64,000 nt of DNA, from the NCBI RefSeq assembly GCF_000181795.1, contig NW_003526943.1:312487-376486 (forward strand). The letters run 5' to 3'. Of this stretch, positions 11,544-24,339 are shown piece after piece. The notes beneath the pieces were generated by a model. It made no database searches. It was given only the letters and a program-made list of their open reading frames with translations, and was not told where the DNA came from. Made by a program: the position numbers and the translations under genes. Positions within the stretch are counted from its first letter, which is position 1. Each line of letters begins with the position of its first letter. This stretch comes from Trichinella spiralis (lineage: Eukaryota).

Positions 11544-14500
11544 ATCTTTTGCTTTTGGAAAAAAGTTAAAAGTGAAATGCAGTTGGGTGATTGTAAGTTG
11601 AAGATTTAGAAAGTGGACGTCATTTTGGCATGTTGTAAAAAGAGTTGTAATTTCTGAGGGTAATTTTCAAGTATTCTGCACACTTGCTATGGTCAAGTTG
11701 TCTTGGGACGGGTTTGGAATTAACTGCTAATAAAAATATGAAACACTTCTATCTGAGGACAGTTGGTGTAACAGGACGCGTTCAAGAGGTTCACTTATGA
11801 ATCTCTGGTTCTAATTCAGCAAACGTAAAATTGGGTCTTTATTTGTTGAAGCTTTTGTGCTGCTTCCGATTCAACCAACCGCGGCCACCTATGATTCGAT
11901 GATGACAACTATTCGCTCGACTGTCATGCTTTCACCACTGTTCCACTAGCTCGACACTGCCAGGGACAGCCGGAGGACAAATTCTCCATGTTACTTGTTT
12001 TCTTTTCTTACAGTTCTTTCTTCAATAGCATCATCTATACCCATCATACATACAGCCACTTTTCCTCATTTTCTATAACTATTCAATGAACAACTCTTCA
12101 ACACTATTACCCTTCTATTACAACCGATATACTTAATAATATTTTCAAATCCATTTACATTATTCGATTATCAGATTAAACAATTGCAACTTGTTCATTT
12201 TTTCTAAATTCTTATATTATGTTTCTTTTTTGAAATTATATTTACAATTTAACATTTCAAACATCCCCTTTATACAACATCAAATATAAAAAACATTGAT
12301 CATTAAAAGGTATAAAACTACAATGCAATTTATAGCAAAATATTTGAATTATTGAAAAATCCTCTTCATTCAAACTTTTATTTATGCAAATAAAATAAGT
12401 TCACTTTTTATTACAATAATATATTATTTTTTATATTTAATTTAATTTCTTAATTTTTCATACTTTCCAAAAAAAGTCATCAAAAAGTAGTGACGCAAAT
12501 GAATACGTATTTCATAAATTAACTTTTATTATATAATTCAATTTTAAAGTTAAAATTTTGATTATTTTAATAATGATAAATACATTTTTAAACTTCTTTA
12601 GTTTTGCAATTTTTGAAATTGCATTCATTTATAGTCTAACCTCTTCTGATTTTGTTTTCTACATTGCATTGTACTTGAAATGTGGAAAGCAAAATTGCCA
12701 AGTGAAATTAGATTTACAAATAAGTAATAAGCTTTTCAGAAATTTCAAACTATTAACGAAATTATTAACTATTGCTTTTTATCGGCTCAATTTTATCAAC
12801 GTGTTTCAGTAAATCGCAAACTTTGCACTTACGCATTACATGTAAAGTTTTATCATTTCTGTTGCATCAGTTCTACAAATCGTTAGAAATTAAAATTATT
12901 ATCAAGTTGATGATTTTTCATAATTTTATTGTTATTGCTTTTTTGAACATTTTTTACTTCACTCTTATACTTACTACTTTTTTTTATATAACACTAATTT
13001 ATGCAAGCACGAACATTCACTAATAACTAGCAGGCTAATAAGTTACATTCAGTTTCAAATTTCCATTTATAATCACATGTTTGGCACAACAGAATATTTA
13101 TTAATTGCTTTTTTCATCTTTTTAAGCAATGTAATTTATAATTTACTGAAAAAAATTAAAAGTGATGCACATGAATTTTGTCTGGATAATTATGATTAAC
13201 AAAACACATGCAAAGATTTGCTGAAAAAGAATGAATTTACTGTTTCAAAAAATTCAATTTTAAATAAAATTACAAATAATTATTTTGCAATAAAAATGGA
13301 ATAATGTTGCCCAATTGTATAGTTTGAAAACGGCAGTAATGTTTTCAATGTGAAACTGCTTGCTTTTTTTTAATGCAACACATTTACTTTGCATTTTACA
13401 GTGTAAGAGAATGTAGACTGCATAACTAACTGATATTATGGATTATAAATTTATAATCATATTTAAAAAATAATAAAAAGGTTGCCGTTTGGTGCAGTTT
13501 GTTCTGAATTAACTTTTTCGGTCTTTGAAATGAACAGCGTTAAAAAGTGGTATTCAGTATGGCTAAATTGATAATTGAGGTGCGAAAATTTTTATCATTC
13601 ATAAATTACTTGAAAAAGTATTTAAGAACATTAAATCCAGCTGTTTTGTATAGAAAATCGATTCAAAATTGATAGGAATTACGTCGTCTGACCGAATAAT
13701 TAAATCAATAACATTGGTATTCTTTGATTTGATGTATGGATGGAAAATGATCCAGGTCGTCGGTCGTGTTGGGTGGTTTGCGAAGATTCATTCTTCGAAC
13801 GAATAAAATTTGCTCCAACAACGCCACCGTTGCCTGAAAATGTTCATACTTAAAAGTAAAGATGCTCAACAATGAGTGCTCCGTTTTGTATCTTCTTGGT
13901 CATTGAGTAAACGGCCTATACAATGACCCCGATCTAGATTTAATTAAAAGCATATTGCTATGGCATTGACGTGCTTAAGCAATAGAATCAAATCAAGCAA
14001 CCGATTCATTCATGGCCTCCATAAGAATGAATGGAACGGAAGTTTACAGGCTTGTCATAAAAATTTTGCTTGACAAATAATTTGCGCAAAAGCACTGTTA
14101 TACGTTTAAACCGGTATTGTACAGTGAAGAAAGTTTCTTGAACATTTTCAATGAACCATTGCCGAGGCTCATCACAAGAAGTACTCGATGTGTCATCGGC
14201 TGCAGTTAAACTTCTACACAATTTCACATCTGAACTGTTTTCCTACGTAATGGAAATTTCTTCACTTTTTACACATTTACATCCGTCATTTTCACAGACA
14301 ATATTCTTTTCAAATTTAAACTATGCAATGCTTTATCCATGTCATATCGAAATTTTTGCAGAAATTGAATGAACATTATACGGCATATCTAAGAATGTAA
14401 TCGAAACTTTACTTTTGCAATCATCTTCATATGATCAATAGAAAACCAAAATTCATTTCTTACTGTATCATTAATTATTTACTTATATACTGAAAAACAT

Positions 14501-14972
14501 TAAAAAATTTATATTACTTTTATTTATTATTAAAAATAAAAATCAAAATTCTTTGGGAAAGTTGCAACTTTTATTAATTATTAACATCATTTAATTAATG
14601 ATCTTCAAGTTTAATGTAAAACGTGATGACAAATTATAAATTAAGCGATTCGTTGTATTGAAATGTTAATCAATTAATGAAACTTACTTTACCGTTAATA
14701 AAAATTTTATTTCTAAATAAAACTGTCATTTAAATTATAAATTACATGCGAATAGTGAAATTTACAGCGTTAATGATCTGATTAATAAAATTTATAGATG
14801 TAGCCATATTGTTTGAAAACTTTCTTATATTAAAATATGTTCACATTACAAAACTTCATCATTTGATTTTATAAAACAAACTCCATTATTATACTCACTT
14901 CGCTTATATTCATACATTTGAAATATAAACGACTGATTATAAGCAAGTTTATTATAAATCATTGAGAAAACA

Positions 14973-17900
14973 TCAACTATTCTCAAACTGTGAATAGAAC
15001 TTTTTCAAACTGTTACTAGCAGTAGAAAATGAATCTGCTTCAATAATTAAATGACGAATCCAAGAAGAAAATTTTGACCATAATTTTCTGTTGCGATACC
15101 TCGAATCCAAAAAAATGATCGCCGAATAATCATCTTTGTGACGTATAGCCCGGCCGATTGATTGATTCACCGCTTTGAAGCAAATGTTTTCATAAAATTC
15201 GCGTCCAGCATTCATTGCAGAATTTTTGTTGGAAACATGCTCGTCCAAATATTTCATTTTAATTTTCATTTCAGACGAACTAATGTCAGGATATGGCAAG
15301 CCCACCATTATCACACATCTGGCCAACGCGTCGGAGAAATTTATACCTTCGCTCATTTTACCTCCTACCACAGCAAACAGGAAAGCGCCATTTTTTTCGC
15401 TGTTATTATTTGTTCCAAATTTCATGACGACATCTGCATATTTTGACAAAACTGAATTAACATCCGACGCAGTTTTGGGTTCTCGAAATATTTCCTTCTT
15501 CGCAGCAAGTTCTTGCAAAAGTCCACTCTTTTTCAAATATTGAAAAACCGTCTCCTCGTAATTATATGAAGGTAAAAAGCATACTATTCCACCGGGAATG
15601 ATTTTCGACAACTGCACCAAACAATTGCCAAGTTCTTGAAAAATTGCAGCAGATGTACGCGAAGAAAAATCAAATTTTAACACATTTCCACCAGGACCTG
15701 TGTGTAAAATTATCGGTAAAATGTTCTTATTCGACACCACATGATCACAAGAAAATTGCACTATTCTTTGCTTCGGGATGGATAAAATATCAAACAGTCG
15801 GCTATTCAATTCTGATATCGGTTCCATTGTACCACCAGCTAACACTACTGACCGAGCTTCTTTGAAGACATCTTCCAGAAATGCTGCTGGATTGAGAAGA
15901 ATAAATATTATACGTGAACTGGATAATGTTTTTTCAATCAAAAATCGACCGTCGCCAATTTTGTTTGTAAAACACGAAATATACGACATTATCGAGTGAA
16001 AAAGGCCAACACTAAAATCCTCCATTTGATCGGATACATATTTTCCAGCTCTTGAAGTAAAACCACGTAACTTTTCACAGAGATGACTTTTCTCAATAAA
16101 TTCATGAAGCTTAAAACAGTTGATGCTGTCAATTCCAATTAAGCAAGCAAATTCACTAATAGAATACGATTCACCTTTGCCAACAGCTTTCTCCAAAAAG
16201 TTTGCAGAAAACTTCAAAACAGTCTCAAAATGCCGAAGATGTAGCAGATTCTTAGCTGAAAATTTACTCTGATATCTTTGAATATATTGCTGAAGTTGCT
16301 GTTTCGCCAAGTTCAATTTCTGAAAGCAAATTTCAAATCGATACATCGATTCAATTGTTTCCAATAAATTATGCGCCTCGTCCACAATCACAACACATTC
16401 AGATAACGATAGTCCGCATGTGTTACGAGTTGCTCTGTTGAAAAACATCTGATAAGGCATGAGTACTATATCTGCCGCTGCGACTGATTTTCGACAAGCA
16501 TAATATGGACATGCACGAACAGCTGTACCCAGATGCAACACATCTTCAATATCTCGGATCTAAATTTAACAAAAATAAATTTTTTTAAAGTAAAATCAAT
16601 CACAAAACCCAAAGTTACATAAAGAACTTCATCGGCCAATTTTTCTATACCATCTCGACGAAGAAATGGACATTTTGATTTTTTCTTCTTGCTACATCCA
16701 TGATCAGACTTTTTCACCTTGGAAGATTCTTTTTGCAAATCTAAACATTTTTCATTCATCAAACCAACGGATTTCAGCTTTCGCACACTTTCATTTATGC
16801 ACAGTGTCTGACGTGATCCCAAAGTTACCATAGTAGTGGATTCTTCATGGACGCTTTTACACAATTCTTGAGCTATTTGTGCCAACTGAGAATGCGTTCG
16901 AGAACAATAGTAAATTTTAGGTTTCAAAATGCATTCCCGTTCATCATCGGAACGTTCACCAATATCCACTGTCTTCTCAGAAGTAGCATCCAAATCATCC
17001 TCACTTTCATAATCAATTAACAATTCTGAATCGTTATCATGCAATTCATTATTATCATCATCGTTTAGTGTCGTAGTGTCCAACAATTTTCGTTTTCCCA
17101 ATATAAATTTCTTATTGAAATCTAAAAAATTTTTTTAATTTTCACGTTGATCGACACCATACGTATTCAACAAAACATATTCTACATTACAAATGTAATT
17201 TTTGTAAATTATAAATGCTGACAACACACAATTTCTATCACACGACAATAAAATGCTAAGAACAGCTTCACGTTGAATAAAAATATTGAATATAAAAACA
17301 CGTATTTATCTTAAATTGTAAATAGTGTAAAAATAGCCTTTTATCAAAAGACAAGATAAAACATATTAAATTACTCACAGTAAAAATCACCAAAGCTTTC
17401 ATTTGTGCAATGAAAGTACGTACTTCAAAATTACTGTTAATATACGCAAATTTTGCTTTCAGTATTACAGTCAAATTACCATGCAATCAAATAAAATGTT
17501 AAATTTAAAAATGATTAAAAATTGCAAATAATTTCAAAACAAATCAAACTACCTTCAACATTTGATTTCACTTCAGAAAGTCTCTCTTGGACACGTCGAA
17601 TTTGATCTACTTCAATTTTAGCTTCATCTAGCGATTTTTGAGCTTCAGCTTTCAGATCAAACTCTTCTAACCAATTTTCTAAAGCAGTTTCTTTGATTAT
17701 TTTTGTTTTCTCTTCTACAGTGCGTTCCAGCTCTTCAATATAATTATTTCTTCTTCTCTTTAACCATGTCAACGAACCACAAAGCAAACTCAAAGACTTC
17801 CCAGTGCCAGTTGGACTTTCAAAAATGCCAATCTTATTTAGTTCTAAAGTTTCAAATAATTTGCGCATAAAACTGAGCTGAACTGAATAAGGTTTGAACT

Positions 17901-18054
17901 TCAAGCCAAAATCAAGTGAAGATATAAATTCTACCAAACCGTTTGAAGAACGTTTTGCTAAATCCACTTCAGCTGCAATATCGCATTCAACAAGAACTTC
18001 AGGATTTGCATAAAGTAATGACTCGAAATCATCATCAAAATCTGAAAATTCCAT
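14973..18054 (-). CDS. chl-1: DDX11/ChlR1 (CHL1) Fe-S DNA helicase, 3 exons (18054-17553, 17121-16619, 16559-14973)
   Basis: Q motif KPYSVQ, Walker A ESPTGTGKS, YCSRTHSQL, four Fe-S cysteines (LCIN, EKCL, KCPF, ACPYY), DEAH, VVGGKMSEGINFSD and AVNQSIGRAIRH. Splice phases are consistent. Confidence 0.95.
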
Positions 18055-19023
18055 CGTTTGATAAAAAGTCACTTTTAAATGCTCATGTATTATAAAGAAA
18101 ATAAAGTATTAATACAGTAAATTAAAAATATAAAAGTATTTCATAAAATTCAAAACATATACTCAGCTTAACTTTGAATTTATTATAAAATTTATATATC
18201 ACATGCATTGAAAATAAAATATAAGGTTGAATAAACAGAACTTTAAACTGATAAGTCTTAATTTTCAATAATGAATGCGTTAATACTGTAATGTGATTTA
18301 TTTACAGTTTTACCCTAACTGAATATGTTGTTTTCAGTAAAGCAGTAGGAAGCTAAACTTTGTTTGCTTTAAGTATTTATGCGACTGCGTCTGCGCCTTC
18401 AGAGTTACAAGATTTCCATGTTTATTATTTATTAAATGTATTGTTGAAATATATTCACCAAATCATTCTTTCATAATTGTTTAAGATCCAAAATTACGCA
18501 TACAAACTATATACATGTATGTATGTATGTATGTATAGCTTAGAGTAGTTCAGATAACTCAAGAGAAGATATTTGGAGTAATTGTATGCAATAATGAAGA
18601 GATAAAGTAGCTTCACCATGCTGTACTATTACCTGCTTATGGTTTTGCATAAAATTATAGGGGTTTGGTAGTAGCAGATTAATCTATACAGTAAAGTAAT
18701 AACAGAAACTGGAAGAAAAATCAAAATGCCAGGTCTTTGTGTATAATTATCTGCAGCCAATTTATCTCATTTAGGAATGCAAATGAGCCTTATAAAAGGC
18801 ATAACTAATTATATTGGACGATGTGCTGTAAAAATAGCCAAAGAGGTCGACGTGTGTGAAACAGTTAAACAAATGAATTATCTATATTTGAAAGTAATAT
18901 ATATTTTTTATTTTAAACTTCATAAGTTACAAATTTACACAAATTAGAGTGTTTAATCTGCAGATGAAATATGCAACGGTAAACAAAAAATAGTAGAGTG
19001 CTTTATTATGAAATTTTTATTGT

Positions 19024-20072
19024 TTAAAGATTGAATATAAATCGTTTGAGGCGTTTCAGCTTGCATTCTTCAGTTGCACTATAACAAGGCTTGGAGTATG
19101 ATGGAAGACTTGGTGGAGGAGATAAAATGAAGTTGCTGCTTGATACGCAGTTAGCTAAAATGTAATATGTATATGCATATGTATATGAATTTTTCAATTT
19201 TTTCTAGCTGTTTACGGTAACAGTCTTGATTAATTGTAAACAGTTGAGAAACGGAAACTCTAGCATCATTTCTCTGTGCTCTGATTTCTGGTTTATAAGC
19301 ATCTGTTGTAGAAGGCGGAACATATATAGCTGGAGCGGGAAACACTTGCTGAGTTTGAACACTGCACGGTCTTGGGTAAAACTCTCTTTCTTGATCTGCT
19401 CAGAATAAATTGGCTTATGGATTAAATAGGCACCATATAAATAAATTTACCATTATTTCTTTCTGTTGGTGGTGGCAATGTTTGAGGTACATCTTCATCT
19501 ATACATCGTAAGGTTACTTTTTCATGCTGATTTTCTGCTAAAGTATCAGATATTTGCTGCTTTTCTGTTGTCTCTGGAATTTCTGTGGTTTTAATTTCTT
19601 CTGTTGTTTCCAGTTGATCATCATCTTTACATCTTAATATTATTTCTTCAGGTTCAGTGCATGGTGGTTCAGTAGTGGTTGGTGTTGGTAAAGATGGCGA
19701 AACTGTTTCACACTGTGGTGCATCATCACCATTTTCTTCACATCTTAAAACTGCTGGAATTATATTTCCATTTTGATTATTTATAATTTGTTCAGGCATA
19801 ACTGAAATGTGTGCTTCACGAAATAACTGATTTTGTTCTCTTGGAGGTTGATTATCATCAACAAAATCATAATCAGTTGGAGCTGGTACATGATTTGGAT
19901 CCGTTTCAGAATCGGCTAATGGGTCTGGTTCCATCGAGATGACAATGTTGAGAGAAATTCCTGTGAATTGAATTTATTTAAAAATTTAAAAATAAATTCA
20001 ATCAACTGATGCAGTTGTTTTACCTGATGTTAAAAGGATGAATAAAAGTCTATAAAATGGAATTGTTTTCAT
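19024..20072 (-). CDS. Orphan secreted acidic Pro/Thr/Glu-rich protein, 4 exons
   Basis: Exon 1 (20072-20024) plus exon 2 (19960-19451) give a signal-peptide-like MKTIPFYRLLFILLTSGISLNIVIS. Exons ~19395-19217 and ~19154-19024 continue in phase to ...CKLKRLKRFIFNL*. No recognisable domain. Confidence 0.7.
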
Positions 20073-21186
20073 GGTGAATATTTTCAGCTGTTTGATATTA
20101 AATAATTTATGAATGGAAAATTACAGGAATGAGAATTGAAATAATGAAGTATTTTCAAATGAACAGTTCACCAGAAGCGTCAGACGACATTTTGAGAAAA
20201 GATGAATTGGTACAATATTTATTTGTATATTTAATTATGGATATCATCAATGAAAATTCTTCTCACTCTAAATGTCGGTTTAACTTTTTCCACTTGCAGC
20301 TCTCGACCTTGAAAAAGCGAAAATTGGACGAATGATCAGGCTCCAACGGCCTATATTTTCACCCTTTTTCTCTTCAAAGCTTGTTTAAACAACGGGTCTT
20401 TATTAATATGACAAATAATTTTTCTTTAAATAAAACAATGATTTTTGATAATGATCATCATAATGACATTAAAATATCTTAATTTTCTTTTTTTGTGTAC
20501 AAATTAATCTTCTGAACCAAACTATTTTTGTCTAGGAAACAACTGAACTGAATTACTTTGAATTTTTGTCATACAATTTATTGGCAGATTTAAACCTTAT
20601 TTTATTTTATTTGAAGTTTATTTTCAAAAAGTACCGTTTCATCATAAGCTGTTCATTGAAAATGAATATATATTAGTGCTCTAGTAATCAATCATTATTT
20701 ATCAGCTTTTAGGATTATTTTCATTAAACTTCTGTCAGATTAAAGTTGTAGCTAAAATGAATGCTTTCAATTAGTCATTACAGCAGTTATAATAATTATT
20801 AAAAATGTTTATTTTCCTTACGTCCCTTTTTGATTCTTATTTTAATTCAACATCTCATATTAACACTATTTTCAAAATGAACTTGGAACACTACGTTTGA
20901 AATAATTCCACGTTACAAATACTGAAAAAAATACAATATAAATATCTTCCTACATTAATCTTTAGTGCCTTTTCAAAATCAATAGCATTTTACGTATGTG
21001 CTAATTTAAAATTTAAATAACTAGAATGTATTTAATTTAGTGAAACAATAGAAGAAACCTTAGGCCTTTTTTCTCGAGTTAAGTGTAACACTTTATATAT
21101 ATATATATATATATTCACAAATTTATTATGGCTATCAAATATTGTTCAAAATCACAGTTACAAATGTAATCTACATTTTAATTCTT

Positions 21187-24100
21187 TCAACAGTTAACCG
21201 ATTTGGCTTTCTCGTCATTTTCAACAGCCAATTGTCGTTGCTTTTCCAGTTCATTTACACAATCTTTTGTTATCGATGCTTTCTGTTGACTTCCCACATT
21301 TTCAATGTGCTTCAATAAATCTTGCCAAATTTCTGGACAAGTTTCAATGGCATTTCGAAGCTGTGAAGCCGGAAGTTGAAGCAAAGCCGCATAGCCATGG
21401 ATTTTCAGTTTCGATGAACATTGCACAAAAGCCTGCCATACATCATCTCCTTGTTTCCAAATTTGTTTGGTGACAAATTTTTGCAAAACACTACCAATCA
21501 GATTGTCAAGTGATGCTTGTGCTTCAAGCAGCAATGGAATGGTATGGAAGAAAATGGCTGGGACCACTTGTCGTTCGCTAATTTGCTTGATTATACCACT
21601 TAACAAATCACTGCTAAACATACGTTTGTTTTGCAACAATGCACCAAACAAATTCAACAACTGAGTGAAATCGTTTTCATTTGTCACTTCGAGCTCACAC
21701 ATCTCAAGCCAAAGCTCATCAGCTGTGATGACAGTTTTCGATCCTGAACTACTACAGACTACTTTGCCAGTGATCATCTTGAATATCTGCGCGGGAAGAC
21801 GAATTAATTTCGGCAACAAGCTAATAAACTGCTCCTTATTCAAAGCTGGAAGAACCGGTATTAAAAATCGAACATCCGGCCGACGTTTTGAATACAACGT
21901 CCAAACTGCATCCACTAATTCGGCATTCAGTGAATTCTTATCCAACCAAGGTTCCAATATGCGAGGTATCAAAGCTTCAGCATTTCTTGGACACTGTTTC
22001 ACCAACTCTACAATGTCATTCACAGGGATGGAACTTTGCTTTATCGGCTTGGACAAGTATGTATTTATCAAACGCTTCACGTTCACACCACAAGCAACGT
22101 ATACATCTGGCAATAACTGCAAAAAATCAACTTGCTGTGGAAATAAATGACAATACACACGAAAACATATTCGAACTGATCTTTCATCCCACTGTTTTTC
22201 TTCATTCTCATCTAGCGACAGATATTCTGGAGGTACCTCTTGCTCAAGTGAATGCAAATGATTCAATGCCAATTCTTTTACCAAATCTTTCGTAGGAGGA
22301 TATCTGTAAAGTGAATTTAACTTTTCAAGCCAACCATTTACAATTGCTGTGTCATCATCAAATGTCGACAAGCTAGCAAATTCAGCAAACAATTCCTTTT
22401 TCTGACCAGGACGATGCTTAATTACTGAAGTAAACATGTTCAAGCAAGGAATGTAAGTGCTGTGTTGTTTGCAACCTTGTTTCAACACTTGTAACGCCTG
22501 CACGGATAATTGAGGTGCATAGACAACCAGACGACAGAATAAATTAAGCTGAATCTCACCACCGGATAGCAAAGCAGATAACAAACTATCCAGTGTGCTG
22601 TTATACTGGTTTAAGGCTTTTTCCGTTGCTGTTGTGTTATTTTGTCTTCTCAGTTGTAAATAAATTGAATACTGGTAATAAAGTAATTGCAAAGCTAGTT
22701 CACCAGAACTTGAAGCCTCTGCAACAATTTCTTGCAATAATTTCTCTTTCAATTCAGCCATTTCATACAAGCTACACATTGTTATTAAAATATGTCTTTG
22801 ATTTTCTGCATCTTCATATCCAAGCTCACATTTTTTAAGATTCAAAATACGTTGAAATGAATTCTGAATCACTGAACGCGTGTGTTGCATTGGTAACGGC
22901 GCAACTTTGTCAACCAAATCTAGCACTTTCACTACCAATTTCGACGTTGACTGATTTTCATTTTGATCATATGACAATATCCTTCCTCTTTCTCCATCTA
23001 CATCTTCATCGTCATCTCTATCAGCAAGATCAGCATCTTTCTTTTCTTCACTTTTTTTCACGTGTTTCTTATTGTTCAATTTCAAATTAAAAGACAAACC
23101 AGCTGAACAAATCACAGATGCGATGGTATTTAAAATACGATCAATCTGTTCGTTAATAGGCAAAAAATCAATGGGTGCGTATTCCTGCAAAAACTTTTCT
23201 GGTATATTGTTATATAGATATGGAAAAGCGGCTAATATTAACTGAACACAGTTTTCTGGCGTCAAACTGTCACCTAGAAAACCATATACCCGTTTCAAAT
23301 GTGCATCATGATCTTTTTTATTTCTTTCAGCTGAATTGAATTCATCAGTATTGAAATCATCTTCAGTAGCTGATCTCTTCCCAGACTTAGACCTACTAAC
23401 ACCTGTCAGATGTGCTAATTCGGCAGGACTGATGCCAAGTTTATGCAAAATTGACGCAATTTCCAATACAGCTTTAGACAAGCATGGCAATTTCACCAAT
23501 GTAGTCAAATGAAATCGCATCACCTTAAACAAACTTTCCATTTGCCTGTGAGATAAAGTTGGTGGGATGTCAACAATTAATTTTTTGCAACAATTCAAAA
23601 ATCGATCCAAAAACGTTGCATCATTTCTAACAATATCAGTTAAACTTTTCAAACACACGCTGAGACCACTGAAGGAAATGTGCGGCGCGACCAGTTGTCG
23701 TGTGAGACTTGAAAACAACAGATCGTTACTAGCTTGCAACTCAGTCACTAACTGACAACCGTATGCAGAAGATTTCAGGTTCCACGATTCTTCAATTTTC
23801 GCCAAAATGCAACGCTCCAAAAATTTAAACGCATAAATTTTGATACCTTCGTTTTCAGACTCAAGCCATGATAATACGCCTGTTATAAATTCGCTCACAG
23901 CATGCCAGGTTGGATCGACGCCAAACTGAGATGGTGGCTTTCGTAAAACCCATTTTAAAGCAGAATGATAAATTAACGCCATCGACGAAAGAATTCTTTT
24001 CAAAAGATGATCATCAGCTTCGCTGAGCATATTTAATATTATTGGTACAGCACGTTCCACTAAGTACACTTCAGTACGACAAGCTAATCCACAAAAACTG

Positions 24101-24339
24101 GTCAAAAAGTCAAGTAAATCAAAATTTGGAAATCTAAATACTAGCTGAACAATTTCATCGAAAAAGCCATTTAAAGGGGTTGAACTTTCATCATCTATGA
24201 TTAATTGCCCAATTTCACTTAACAATCGTAAGCGTTCTTCTGCATTTGTTGTTTTCCCAGCTTGTTTTAATAATACATTCACTTCAATTTCCATCTCTTT
24301 TAACTTGTCCAATAACACTTTTCCTATAATACAAAACAT
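21187..24339 (-). CDS. symk-1: Symplekin (cleavage/polyadenylation scaffold), single coding exon
   Basis: 1050-aa ORF with N-terminal HEAT-like region (ENEGIKIYAFKFLE) and Symplekin_C-like motifs DVRFLIPVLPALNKEQFISLLPKLI and KQIWKQGDDVWQAFVQC. Confidence 0.88.
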   Translation of the reverse strand: MFCIIGKVLLDKLKEMEIEVNVLLKQAGKTTNAEERLRLLSEIGQLIIDDESSTPLNGFFDEIVQLVFRFPNFDLLDFLTSFCGLACRTEVYLVERAVPIILNMLSEADDHLLKRILSSMALIYHSALKWVLRKPPSQFGVDPTWHAVSEFITGVLSWLESENEGIKIYAFKFLERCILAKIEESWNLKSSAYGCQLVTELQASNDLLFSSLTRQLVAPHISFSGLSVCLKSLTDIVRNDATFLDRFLNCCKKLIVDIPPTLSHRQMESLFKVMRFHLTTLVKLPCLSKAVLEIASILHKLGISPAELAHLTGVSRSKSGKRSATEDDFNTDEFNSAERNKKDHDAHLKRVYGFLGDSLTPENCVQLILAAFPYLYNNIPEKFLQEYAPIDFLPINEQIDRILNTIASVICSAGLSFNLKLNNKKHVKKSEEKKDADLADRDDDEDVDGERGRILSYDQNENQSTSKLVVKVLDLVDKVAPLPMQHTRSVIQNSFQRILNLKKCELGYEDAENQRHILITMCSLYEMAELKEKLLQEIVAEASSSGELALQLLYYQYSIYLQLRRQNNTTATEKALNQYNSTLDSLLSALLSGGEIQLNLFCRLVVYAPQLSVQALQVLKQGCKQHSTYIPCLNMFTSVIKHRPGQKKELFAEFASLSTFDDDTAIVNGWLEKLNSLYRYPPTKDLVKELALNHLHSLEQEVPPEYLSLDENEEKQWDERSVRICFRVYCHLFPQQVDFLQLLPDVYVACGVNVKRLINTYLSKPIKQSSIPVNDIVELVKQCPRNAEALIPRILEPWLDKNSLNAELVDAVWTLYSKRRPDVRFLIPVLPALNKEQFISLLPKLIRLPAQIFKMITGKVVCSSSGSKTVITADELWLEMCELEVTNENDFTQLLNLFGALLQNKRMFSSDLLSGIIKQISERQVVPAIFFHTIPLLLEAQASLDNLIGSVLQKFVTKQIWKQGDDVWQAFVQCSSKLKIHGYAALLQLPASQLRNAIETCPEIWQDLLKHIENVGSQQKASITKDCVNELEKQRQLAVENDEKAKSVNC

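Noticed and set aside
18585..18670. LHHAVLLPAYG resembling the papain catalytic-His motif
   Set aside because: Flanked by stops, with no downstream NSW or upstream QxxCGSCW; most likely chance.
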